From: Octopus sinensis
Taxonomy: Eukaryota
Assembly (NCBI RefSeq): GCF_006345805.1
Contig: NC_043012.1
Coordinates: forward strand, 53,258,001-53,322,000
Length of the DNA: 64,000 nucleotides
Reading direction: 5' to 3'
Positions 54,901 to 64,000 of this stretch are shown here, piece after piece. How positions within the stretch are numbered: the first letter of the stretch is position 1; every line of letters starts with the position of its first letter. The position numbers were made by a program, and so were the translations under genes. The notes under the pieces were generated by a model. The model was given only the letters and a program-made list of their open reading frames with translations. It did no database searches and was not told the origin of the DNA.

Positions 54901-57900
54901 GTTAGGACAGGTATAACCGTAGGCATACTGCAAAATATTGTTGGCAACCCAAATACTCAGTTTCTTGCTCTAACTTCTCCCTTTTTGTTTTGTTTTACCG
55001 AATTTGACTCTACAACTCTTCTTCTTTTCTCGGTCATACATATCATCATCTGGAAAAGACTTTCTAACTAGAAAGAGTATGGCCTGGTCAGCCTGTAATG
55101 ATATGCATAAGATCTGGTCATCAAATCTAAGTAGAGATTTCAAACTTAAAATCTTCAAAGCCACAGTCGAACCAATTCTACTATATGGCTCAGAAACCTG
55201 GGCGTTATCAAAGAAGCTTGAGAGGCGGTTGGATGGAACTTACACTCGCCTCCTTATGAGAGCTCAAAATCTCTCGTGGAAGCGTCATCCAATCAAAGTA
55301 CAAATATATGGGAAATTACCACCTGTATCATCTCTTGTGAAAGGTAGAAGAGTCCAGTTTGCTGGACATTGTTGTAGAACTGAAAACGAGGTAATTTATA
55401 CTGTTCTCCTCTGGAAGCCATCTGCTCGCGATACCAGGGGGCGCACACTTTCCTACCCTGATGTAATCTCCAGGGATACAGGCATCCAGCAACAGGACCT
55501 CCGTAATGCTATGATGGACCGTGAAGTCTGGCATAACATAGTAAATTCCATTGTCTCGACTATCTAGGGCAACTGTGATTCTTCTAACTAGGCCTCTTGC
55601 TACTTTTTTCAGTATTGTATCACTATAGATATCTTTTTTTTTCTTTGCGCCCTTTTCAAGCCTAGCCAGGCTCATGGGCCCGGTTTCCTGGTTTCTGTGG
55701 AGTATGTAGTCCCCTCAGTTGGACGGGACGCCATTCCATTGCAGTGCTCAAGAAACAGGTAGAAAGAGTGAGAGAAAGTTGGGGCGAAAGAGTACAACAG
55801 AGGTCGCCACCCCCACCCCGTGCCGGGGCATCGTGGAGCTTTAAGGTATTTTCGCTCAATAACGCCCGGTCTGGGAATCGAAACTGCGATCCTCCGACCG
55901 CGAGTCTGCTGCCCTAACAAGTGGGCCATTGCGCCTCCACCTATAAACATCTGCTCTCTCTCTCTAAACTCATTAATACTATTCCTAGATGAAAGATCGG
56001 TTAGATATAATAAAAGTCTCGTTTTGATACCTGTCTCGTTATAAACAACGGTTGGGTCGATGGGTCTCAATGGTGGAACTTGCAAATAGCTGATTTCCTT
56101 TGATTCTGCAAGGAAAACTTCGATCAGAAAATCGTCCACTGGAGTAACTGGGTCCACATAAACTGCATGTTCATAAATACCAAACTTTCGTTTCAGTAAT
56201 TCTTGATATCTTAGTGTAAACTTCACTTCCTTCAGTGCAGCAACATTTATATCAACCTTGAACTTGTTTGCTTCGCGAGGTCTGAAAATTTATGCAAAAC
56301 GATAATGATCGTTTTAGTCATGTTATTGTTATTTTTATTAGACACATACGAATAATATTGATTTCAAATTTTGGCGCAAGGCCAACGAGTTCAGTGAGGG
56401 CAGTGGAAGTGAATTACTGGTACTGATTTTATCGACACCAAAAGGATAAAAGGCAAAGCCGACCTCGGCAGAATTTCAATGTAAAGACGGACGAAATGTC
56501 GTTAAGTATTTTACCCGGCGTGCTAACGATTCTGCCATGTCGCCGCCTTATATATATATATATTTGTTTACTGCCCACAAGGGGATAAACACAGAGGGGA
56601 CAAACAAGGAGAGACAAAGGGATTAAGTCGATTACATCTACCCCAGTGCGAAACTGGTACTTTATTTATCGACCCCGAAAGGATGAAAAGCAAAGTCGAC
56701 TTCGGTGGAATTTGAACTCAGAACGTAACGACAATTCACCCGGCACGCCAATGTTTCTGCCAGCTCGCCGCCTTATATATAATTAATGATAAAACAGTTC
56801 ATAAGGCGGCGTGCAGGTAGAATCGTTAGCACGCCGGACGAAATTCGTAGCCGTATTTCGTCTGCCGTTACGTTCTGAGTTCAAATTCCGCCGAGGTCGA
56901 CTTTGCCTTTCATCCTTTCGCGGTCGATAAATTAAGTACCAGTTACGCACTGGGGTTGATATAATCGACTTAATCCGTTTGTCTGTCCTTGTTTGTCTCC
57001 TGTGTTTAGCCCCTTGTGGGCAATAAAGAAATAAGAATCGTTATCGCGTGAGTCAAAAAGCTTAGTGGCATTTCTTCTGATTTTAAGTTTGGAGCTTGAA
57101 ACGCCGTTGAGGTCAACTTTGTCTTTCATCCCCTTCGTGATCGGTAAAATAAGTACCAGTTATCCCCAACTGGGGTCGATGTAATCGACCTGTACTCTTT
57201 CCAGCAATTGCTGACCTTGTGCCAAAAATTTGAAGCCAATATTAACATAGATCTTCCTAATTACACACTAGTAAATATATTTCATGATATTCTTTTATTT
57301 AGGGGTACTCAAATATGTGAGTTAAGAAAGCTTCCCAAATATCTGTGATGTAAGTTTCGCATGTAAAAGAAAGTTTGAAATATTTTTTATAATAAAATTT
57401 GAGTTCAAAAGTTCAAACTGTAAATGGATATAAAAAATAATTGTATTTTTTACCTCGAAAATATTTGGTAAAAATTTTAGTCTCTTTACGATTTAATTAC
57501 AGAAATATTTTACAAAGTAAATACAACCGAGTTTTAAAACGAGGTTGTTGTTGCTTTTTCGACAATAGTTCAAGCACTTAAAATTTTAACAAAACCAAAT
57601 GGAACAACATTATCTGTAAACTTGTAGTTAATTCAATTTTCATGACAGAAATATAATGTAGGTGTGAAACTAAAATTAAATCACGAATAATTAACTGCTG
57701 AGAATTGCTACGTGAGTCTATTAGTGACCATGTCGCAGTGGTGTGACGAAAAGTTTAGCATTGCTAGAAATAATGAAAATGAATTAAATAGATATTGTGT
57801 GGTTTTGTTGGCTGAAATGGCTCTTCTGCAATTCAAGTGATAAATTTTAATACCCGTTTCCTGGTCGTGTTAATTATGAGACAATTAAATGACTGATGTT

Positions 57901-59319
57901 TTGGAGAGTGTATTAACTCGCATTTATCTTGCTGCTAAATAATTCTATCGGATCTTTTCGGTTTGAATGGCAGTTTTTAACATAATTTCTAGGTAACTAA
58001 AAAATTTTAAACTTCGTATACGGGTAGAATGTGTTTATAAAACATCTTCTCTTGCCTTTATTGAGAAAATTCTATAGTTTGTAAGATATTTGTTGTTTTT
58101 TTTTCTTCAATTTCTGCAATTTCAACCAATCAGTGACGTCTATTGAGTTAAAAAGCATTCTGTGCTGTATGAATATGTCCCTCGTTTAAGAAACAGATTG
58201 GGTTTATTTACATTTGTGAAGAAAAAAAGATACCCTTCCCCCACGCCTAACCCTAACCCTAACCCTAAAAGAGATTGAAATGCAATAGATCGATTCTAGG
58301 GTCATAATTATGGGTGACAATTTCATATGACACCGCTAGAAAAAACTGTCGTTCAAACCGAAAAGATCCATTCTATCTTTATGATAAACAGCATACCTGT
58401 CCTGGATATTTTCATTGAGACTATGTTAATATTCAATTAAGCGACATGGGAAATATTATACACAAAATATTGTAAGCATCGATTAGGAACTCTCATATAC
58501 TGACACATACAAAAGAGAGATAAATGAAATCACTGGCTTGATTCGAACCATGTATTCATAGTTTGACAGTCGACCGAGTTACCACTTATTATTGATAGAG
58601 TATACCAATGTCCAATCTGGTTTCTAAGAAATAATTGGCAGTTAGAGAATAAATGTTCCATCTTAAGATGAAGCTATCAAAAATTACATCATAAATTTAC
58701 TTGAAATAATATAATTTACTCTTGCAGCAAAATTATTATTACGATCTAATGATTATTTTAACAACATTATTAACCGTCTGGCAATCAGTCAAGCAAACAC
58801 TCTATCAATCGAAGAAAACTGAGTTATCTCACGCAAATTTGATAAATTGAATGATTTGCTTCAACGACTTTTCGTAATTCAATATATCTGTCAACTAATG
58901 GCCAGTGCTATTGGGTTCAAACGAGAAAATAAATGGTAATTGTTAACGGTTGTTTTTCTGAAAAAACATTATGAGTGACGCAACTAAGACTCGAACCTAT
59001 CTTGTAGACATACCTAGTCAGAGCTAACTACTGTTACACTGTACCTAGTAAGACTATTGAATTGAAATAAAAATAAATTCTTCTAAAATCAATCCAATAT
59101 GAAGAGAAGTATATGAAGAATATATATACATGAAATAATATAATGGAGAGACATATCCAGGTTAATAAAAAAAGTAATATGGAGAACATTGTGTGTGAAT
59201 TTACTTACTTTTGAGCGACATGACCAGCACTTTGTCCTCTTTTCTTGGCTCTTTCGTACGCCTTTTTGGCTTGCTCTTTTTCTTTTACTTCGCCTCCGTA
59301 TTCCACTCCATCAATTATC
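22662..59319 (-). CDS. ITIH: ITIH-like gene (VIT-vWA-polyGly-GDPH-ITI_HC_C), 11 coding exons, 5'-partial
   Basis: Join of 59209-59319, 56031-56281, 54336-54478, 50252-50537, 44113-44480, 37568-37912, 33197-33287, 29703-29795, 26148-26261, 23518-23874, 22662-22849. All introns are GT-AG, phases match and the frame stays open to TGA. Domain order matches the ITIH family. Paralog number cannot be assigned. Confidence 0.93.
23518..23874 (-). CDS. ITIH: ITIH-like exon, ITI_HC_C domain (...[10 protein letters not shown]...VIVTPQYI...[24 protein letters not shown])
   Basis: ttctctttttttcttttgcacag acceptor, gtatgt donor, 357 nt, phase 1-1. Confidence 0.9.
24114..24676 (+). mobile_element. Internally deleted mariner, family 2, 563 bp
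   Basis: Same TIRs as 3867-4622, inserted in (TA)n. Encodes N-terminal HTH remnants, then jumps to the 3' end at gggtaa|tggcaag. Confidence 0.92.
24677..25262. repeat. (TA)n-rich compound microsatellite. Similar tracts at 8965-9350, 23910-24113, 40160-40700 and 51751-51960
   Basis: Directly visible. These produce the poly-IY ORFs. Confidence 0.97.
26148..26261 (-). CDS. ITIH: ITIH-like exon with GDPH ([38 protein letters not shown])
   Basis: ttatgtag acceptor, gtaagg donor, 114 nt, phase 1-1. DPHF...CF......G....L..DP pattern of the ITI C-terminal domain. Not in the ORF track. Confidence 0.9.
26405..26757 (+). mobile_element. R4/Dong-like 3' end
   Basis: [11 protein letters not shown]...KEERKVER...[24 protein letters not shown] followed by an (AAC)/(AAT)n tail. 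Confidence 0.8.
26781..27216. repeat. Fold-back element: about 205-bp inverted arms, 25-bp spacer
   Basis: 26781-26985 is the reverse complement of 27011-27216, roughly 90% identity by eye. Confidence 0.92.
27335..28045 (+). mobile_element. R4/Dong-like fragment, CCHC knuckle and restriction-like endonuclease region
   Basis: [38 protein letters not shown] and LIDVSIP. Preceded by (TAA)n. Confidence 0.85.
28290..29016 (-). mobile_element. SINE-A array: full copy, 151-bp flank, body, body
   Basis: Junctions at 28634/28635 and 28450/28451, both beginning ggtatttcgt. Confidence 0.88.
29450..29682. repeat. (TAA)n microsatellite. Other large arrays at 37920-38185, 34995-35080, 26278-26330 and 27258-27305
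   Basis: Directly visible. Confidence 0.97.
29703..29795 (-). CDS. ITIH: ITIH-like linker exon with poly-Gly ([17 protein letters not shown]15)
   Basis: Acceptor tcttttatattttag, donor gtaagt, 93 nt, phase 1-1, open frame. Places G15 three residues before DPHF. Confidence 0.8.
30390..30772 (-). mobile_element. SINE-B, diverged
   Basis: Colinear with the family. Confidence 0.8.
32726..33014 (+). mobile_element. SINE-B with internal deletion
   Basis: Head joined to the microsatellite and 3' half. Confidence 0.82.
33197..33287 (-). CDS. ITIH: ITIH-like exon ([30 protein letters not shown])
   Basis: gttttcag acceptor, gtaagt donor, 91 nt, phase 0-1. Y.FVTP.TSM.V.KP signature. Confidence 0.93.
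37118..37535 (+). mobile_element. SINE-B, full length
   Basis: tRNA-like head ggcgcaggagtggctgtgtggtaa...gggttcagtcccac, cttgggcaagtgtctt core, internal (TA)/(TG) tract and (AAAGAGT)n tail. Confidence 0.9.
37568..37912 (-). CDS. ITIH: ITIH-like exon ([26 protein letters not shown]...[16 protein letters not shown]...AIELSLK)
   Basis: aacttcag acceptor, gtatca donor, 345 nt, phase 0-0. ERLWAYLTI.QLL-type signature. Confidence 0.95.
38400..39715 (-). mobile_element. R4/Dong-like non-LTR retrotransposon, 5'-truncated and decayed
   Basis: LFYIDDLK (RT YxDD), [17 protein letters not shown]....LISVEDCV and C-terminal [10 protein letters not shown]...[12 protein letters not shown]. Flanked by TAA/TTA repeats. 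Confidence 0.85.
40575..43380. repeat. Tandem duplication, about 1.4-kb unit, 2 copies
   Basis: tgacgagatatattcattta at about 40590 and 41981, colinear to gcggcctagaattt at about 41662 and 43068. Confidence 0.9.
44113..44480 (-). CDS. ITIH: ITIH-like exon, vWA domain (STNINKAL...IIFLTDG...[22 protein letters not shown]...RRIYE...LKNFYNEIS)
   Basis: aaacag acceptor, gtaagg donor, 368 nt, phase 1-0. MIDAS Thr and Asp motifs present. Confidence 0.95.
44508..44712 (-). mobile_element. Restriction-like-endonuclease LINE 3' fragment
   Basis: EFSC....[39 protein letters not shown]. Confidence 0.7.
44715..45330 (+). mobile_element. Decayed RTE-clade LINE 3' fragment
   Basis: Remnants [25 protein letters not shown] and HVVR, with stops and frameshifts. 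Confidence 0.65.
45596..45903 (-). mobile_element. SINE-C nested in mariner family 3, TSD ATGAG. A diverged copy lies at 55660-55940 (-)
   Basis: Colinear with 6629-6925. Direct repeat at 45591-45595 and 45904-45908. Confidence 0.9.
46138..46558 (-). mobile_element. SINE-B nested in mariner family 3
   Basis: Interrupts the transposase remnant after VHEDR. Confidence 0.88.
47452..47630. repeat. Inverted repeat, about 80-bp arms
   Basis: gatattaatcaattaaaaccagtggcttagtatat pairs with atatgctaagccactcgttttaattgattaatatc. Confidence 0.8.
48108..48145 (+). ncRNA. Minimal type I hammerhead-like motif with A6U variant core, within a dispersed repeat
   Basis: TCTTT CTGTCGA A GAGC-GTAG-GCTC GAAA CGT A AAAGA gives helix I of 5 bp, helix II of 4 bp and palindromic ACGT at helix III. 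Confidence 0.5.
50011..50202. repeat. Inverted repeat, about 50-bp arms, about 90-bp spacer
   Basis: 50011-50060 versus 50152-50202. Confidence 0.85.
50252..50537 (-). CDS. ITIH: ITIH-like exon, start of vWA domain ([37 protein letters not shown]...)
   Basis: ttttttcttcattttacag acceptor, gtaagt donor, 286 nt, phase 0-1. [10 protein letters not shown] signature and MIDAS DTSGS. Confidence 0.96.
50652..50786 (+). mobile_element. 3' fragment of the same mariner deletion derivative as 24114-24676
   Basis: Same internal junction cttgggtaatggcaag and right TIR ctttccggacgacccaa. Confidence 0.85.
50893..51750 (+). mobile_element. Non-autonomous Tc1/mariner-superfamily element, maT/DD37D-like, about 170-bp TIRs
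   Basis: TA flanks, CAGGTGTC-type termini and long imperfect inverted arms. Remnants WFQQD and [21 protein letters not shown]. Confidence 0.8.
53287..53698 (-). mobile_element. Same MITE, copy 3, TSD GCCGTAAC/GCCGCAAC
   Basis: TIRs and an 8-bp TSD with one mismatch. Confidence 0.9.
54336..54478 (-). CDS. ITIH: ITIH-like exon ([48 protein letters not shown])
   Basis: ctgttttag acceptor, gtaagt donor, 143 nt, phase 1-0. G.FV..YDV.R motif. It bridges the phases of both neighbouring exons. Confidence 0.9.
55027..55567 (+). mobile_element. 5'-truncated RTE/RTE-X LINE, C-terminal part of the RT ORF
   Basis: Open frame [10 protein letters not shown]...[18 protein letters not shown]...RRVQFAGHC...DREVW, the typical post-RT region of RTE-clade elements. 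Confidence 0.88.
56031..56281 (-). CDS. ITIH: ITIH-like exon, VIT C-terminal part ([38 protein letters not shown]...YNET)
   Basis: ttttcag acceptor, gtatca donor, 251 nt, phase 2-1. F.V..NVAA...V.F.L.YQELL.R..G.YEH motif. Confidence 0.93.
56375..57240. mobile_element. SINE-A cluster: two minus copies (56375-56547, 56567-56772) and two plus copies (56805-57033, about 57034-57240)
   Basis: Head-to-head arrangement, family motifs on both strands. Confidence 0.88.
57950..58369 (+). mobile_element. Same MITE, copy 4, TSD ATTCTATC
   Basis: TIRs and a perfect 8-bp TSD. Confidence 0.93.
59209..59319 (-). CDS. ITIH: ITIH-like exon, VIT domain ([37 protein letters not shown])
   Basis: Acceptor ttctctcattttaactag, donor gtaagt, 111 nt, phase 2-2. 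Matches the VIT motif IDG..Y.G.VKEKE.AK..Y..A...G..AG. Not in the ORF track. Confidence 0.92.
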
Positions 59320-59847
59320 CTAGTTAAAATGAGAGAATAGTTATATTTGTAGGAATTAGAACATTTTATTTCAGAGAAAACTTTCTAATGTTATCAATCT
59401 AAGATCAATACTCTCAGTTTATTATACTTACTTCTTTCACATCAATTACAACGAGCCTGTAAACACAATATTGATAAAGTTCTTTACTGCATTATCAATT
59501 TAAGACTCCTATTGCTGATATATAAACTCACATATTCTGCAGACATGCACATAAACGCATCATCCTGTTACTTGCATTTGTACTTGTGTACCATTTCTCC
59601 CTTAAAAATGTCCGTCCTTGTTTTCGTATACATTCGCTGCTTTCTTCCAAGGAATCTAGTGCTCTAAGCTTAGTTTTTTTCCTTGGGGCTGGCCAGATTA
59701 GAGCAATGTCCAGTATAACCAGCCGAAATTGCAAAGATAATCTGGAACTCGACTGAGGAAAGAAAATTCCGAATGACCCGTCCTTCTTTTTTCTTGTCCT
59801 TTTTTGTATTATCTGTCTGGATGTTTTGCGTTCTTATCCTATTTTTG

Positions 59848-59897
<50 letters not shown>

Positions 59898-60167
59898 CAG
59901 TTACAATTAACGTTCGTATTCATTGTAATTGTCTTGGGTATATATTCAGTAAACTATTGATAATCTAGCGAACAGAACCCAGGATTAGCTCATCGGATGA
60001 AATGCATGGGATTGCCAACTTAATCCTAGGTGATCCTTACCACTCGATGCTGTTAGGTATTTCTTGGATTATAACGAAGTGCTTGAACGTAACCATCTGG
60101 ATACTTTATCCATATCTATTCGCAATGTACATACATACATGCATATATACATGTATATACATATATA

Positions 60168-60209
<42 letters not shown>

Positions 60210-62166
60210 GCAAAGACACATACACACACACACATATATACATATGTATATATAATTTGTAAGCACCCTGTGCAGGAACGAATGAATTAAACACATGTAC
60301 TTTTGTATTCAACAAGTTCGTGTACACTTGGACGTTGGACGACATATACTATTTTTTGTCTCATAGAACGAAGCTTGCTGGGAATTACGTCATCGGACAG
60401 TCAGACACCTGTTCTTCATGACTGACGGGAAATGCTCTAGGAGTTCAAAGCTCTGTTAGAACTTCTATCATTCTATATAAAGAGCAACAAAATACATTTG
60501 CTGATGTGTGTGTAACTAGAAATATATTGTCAGTTTCAAAGAATGCTGAAGAACATATATAAATATTGTTTCTATAGCGAGGCAAAATACAAAAATAAAA
60601 GCCTTTTGTTCTCTCAGCTCATTCTTCACCCCAACAACTACAAAGGTTAAGATTTTCTCAATTGTTTCTACAAAAGCCATTTAGAAATCATTTATAACGC
60701 TGAAACTATTATCTTTGCTAAAAATTCTTCTAGTCTTCTCAAGGAGCTACTTGTAAACATTATCATATTTCAGCATCAAACACATCAAAATGTATCTAAT
60801 AATCGTTTTTATTTATTTTTTTCCCGGAATTTGTTATTCTAAATACTGACAAGCCATTGTTTCGGTTACACTCGAAAATGCTATTAATTAATTTCATAAG
60901 AGGCTTTCTCTAAGCAAACGGGAAGATATGTATTAATATCAAAGCAAATTGAATGCATAATCAAACGCAAACGTATTGTATTGCTTGAGTATCTGTGTGA
61001 TATATTGATATATTTATTCATGTATGTATTTACATCTATACATCTATACATACATATATATATATGAAGTTTTTAATCAAATGATTAATTTACAACGATC
61101 ATAGTGACGCTTATGAAAAGAAACAGTCAGTTCCAATCTTCAATTTATTATCGTTACAAGTAGTTTGCTTTATTTCATACGAGACAATCGAAACTCTTCC
61201 TGCACAGACATATATAAGTGCATGTGTAGAGAGGGAGGTTTATATAGCTGTGCTAAACGGCTTTCCTGTGAGTGCTTTTGCTCCGTTACTATTGCAACAG
61301 TCCGGATACTTACTGATCAGACCTCGTATATGATAGGCAGATACATAGATAGATAGATATGCATAAACATATAAATGCACAAACCCAACCAGCCACCCAA
61401 ATACACACACCTCGCGTACACACCAGGCACGTGCCGTCAGTAATTACTCAGGGTAGGCAGTTGGCGACGTTTATGTAGTAATACCCGTAAGAAAATAAGC
61501 GAAACAGGCGCGCGACTGAGTTGGCGGCAGAATTACATCTGCCTTTATAGAGCGTAAAGAAAATGCTGTTGTAGGAATGTACGCAGCATGTGTACTACAG
61601 CAGAACTATACGTAGTTTCAATACTGAGATTGAAAGGCAGGGGCGAATTATGCCTGCTTAATCTACAAACAAAAAAAAAAAATCATTTTGCATTTTATGC
61701 ATAGTAATCTGAGTAACCTTCATAATTTTATTGAATTAGGTGCATATTTTGCCATAGAAAGGAAATGTTACTATCGATCTATAGTATTCAGAGTAGGCAC
61801 TACCCACCTTGTCTACCCAGGTGGCACGTTCCTGATACGCTCACATGTAATGCATTTAAAGTAATGTAAACTCGATCGCGCAGACACAGTGTATGTTTTT
61901 TTTATATGTCAAATTTGCTGCAGGATAGCGTCCACGTCCAGGGAATGCTCTCTACACGGCTCCAAGTGTTAAAGAATACCTAATATCCCGTACCAAGCAA
62001 GTTGTCTCGCTTGGTCCGGCACATTCGGCGTTGTGTAGTGAGATTTCCCAGGACGCTATCTCAAAGCAAAGTTGACGTGTAAATAAAACACATACACTAT
62101 GTATGCGCGTCAAACAATGGCGGTCCGACATGGCCGCAGTCGACTGACTGTACGTATAGTGTCGAC

Positions 62167-62393
62167 GCTGGCAGAAACGTTAGCACGCCGGGCGAAATTC
62201 TTAGCGGTATTTTGTCTGCCGTTACGTTGTGAGTTCAAATTCCGCCGCGGTCGACTTTACCTTTCATCCTTTCGGGGTCGATAAATCGAGTACCAGTTAC
62301 GCACTGGCGTCGATGTAATCGACTTAATACCTATGTCTGTCTTTGTTTGTCCCCTCTATGTTTAGCCCTTGTGGGTAATAAAGAAATAGGTAT
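62167..62393 (+). mobile_element. SINE-A, full length
   Basis: Ends aaagaaata|ggtat. Confidence 0.9.
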
Positions 62394-63874
62394 CTCAGTC
62401 GTTTGACCAACTAATTTACCTGCTCCTGAAATGACTATCGCTGATTGTACGGTACGTTGTGTAACAGAAACTGGGCCTTTTTAAAGTTACTGTCACAATG
62501 TAACACATTATTTCTCTGACAAATTTCTTTCTCAAAGTTTCTTCACACACTAAACTTTTGAAAGTTGCATATGCTGAAGATGACATGACGTACAATAACA
62601 CACACCGTACGATTATACACACACATACACTCATACACACACACATACACGCACACATACACACAGACACACACACACGCTCACATAGTAAAAGGGGAAG
62701 AATAGGTTATTGCAGCTGAAATCATTAAGATGCCTTTCAATAGTAAGGCATCAGCATTGCTGTGTGGTAAGAAGCTTGCTTCCCAACCACATGGCTCCGG
62801 GTTCAGTCCCACTTCATGGCACCTTGGGCAAGTGTCTTCTACTATAGCCTCAGGCTGACCAAAGACTTGTAAGTGGATTTTGTAGACGGAAACTACTAAA
62901 AGAATAAAAGTATATTATGTTATACAAAACACCTGCTATACACACTCATATACATACTACTATGAATATATCTGTGTGTGTGTGTGCGTGTGTGTGTGTG
63001 TATGCATACTTGTACCGACGAAACCCACTTCATTTTGTTTGTCCGTTCACCAAGTCAAAATTTCGTTTCATACTAATCGACCTTCCGAGAGAGGAGAGAG
63101 TGCTTTGCCAGCGTTTTTGCCTTTTACTATTTTAACATGAACGTAATTTCTTGACCTTTCGGATTTATATAACGCTATTAACCATTTCTGTCTCATGTGA
63201 CCTTTTTTTATTAGTCCAGACGTACGAAGCATTCATAAAAGATATGTTCTATTTTGTTTTATTTGTAGAAAATAAATTGAAAAATCATAAAATTATTAAC
63301 TCGTAAATTACAAATAATACTTTTCCTCAAATACCCAAATGTCATTTTACAAAAAGTTGCCACTTAGAAGAACTTAATATATAATACTAGTTAAAGTTAG
63401 AGCCACTGCACGGTCATACGAATTGGTGGAAATAACAACCAAATTTCATTCAGTCGTACTTTGTGATATGCAGCTATTATTTTTCCAAATATCAAATGCC
63501 ATCGATGTTGATTCTGTTTCCCTCCTTCCGAAGTTGACAAAATTAGTACCAGCTAAGCACCAGGGTCAATGTAATGATTAACTCTTCCTGCAAAAAGTTC
63601 TGGCTTTGTACCAAAATTTGAAGTCGTAATTTTGCCAGATGTGCAAAAATACCCAATGATCAAGGTTGAATTGTCCTTCATCCATGGTCGTATATATTTA
63701 TATAAAAGCTGCCCTCGAGATTTAGGAATGAAATAAACGTATCTCTCACAACTTATCCCCTCATATTCTCGTTGGAAAATACAGTTAATTATTAGTATTG
63801 GTCCCAGGAATTTCTATTTTCGACATCGAGTGAATAAAAAACGAAAGGCCACTTTTCTTGTATAAGGCTTAATT

Positions 63875-64000
63875 ACACTTTTAAACTTCTTATACTGGTA
63901 GAATGTGTTTATAAAACATCTTTTTCTCTTGGCTTTATTGAGAAAATTCTATAGTTTGTAAGATATTTGTTGTTGTTTTTCTTCAATTTCTGCAATTTCA
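63875..64000 (+). mobile_element. Same MITE, copy 5, partial at window edge
   Basis: Internal sequence matches (acacttttaaactt...ctgcaatttca). Confidence 0.85.

Noticed and set aside
59320-64000. Search for the upstream ITIH exons (signal peptide and VIT start)
   Set aside because: Phase-2 donors at about 59532 and 60050 give peptides unlike the expected LP..AFI.NF.M. The true exons are probably beyond the window or were missed.

Overview
AT-rich, microsatellite-dense animal genomic DNA. The repeat families and (TA)n/(TAA)n density suggest a coleoid cephalopod, probably Octopus (inference from recall, not a search). The main feature is an inter-alpha-trypsin inhibitor heavy chain (ITIH)-like gene on the minus strand. 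I assembled 11 coding exons between 59319 and 22662, all with GT-AG sites and consistent phases (2347 nt, about 781 aa, 5' exons not found). They encode VIT, vWA with an intact MIDAS, a poly-Gly linker, a GDPH site and the ITI heavy-chain C-terminal domain. Introns and the 22 kb downstream are filled with four tRNA-type SINE families (A-D here), decayed mariner and maT-like DNA transposons, a GG-ended MITE with 8-bp TSDs and internal (CCCTAA)n, RTE and R4/Dong-like LINE fragments, fold-back elements and two tandem duplications. Most notable: SINE-A multimers with one fixed junction that coincides with end-to-end base pairing, a 151-bp SINE 3' flank copied into that junction, a 93-nt exon built from a (GGC)n microsatellite directly before GDPH, and a minimal hammerhead-like motif with a non-canonical core. 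Most ORFs in the supplied track are microsatellite artefacts.
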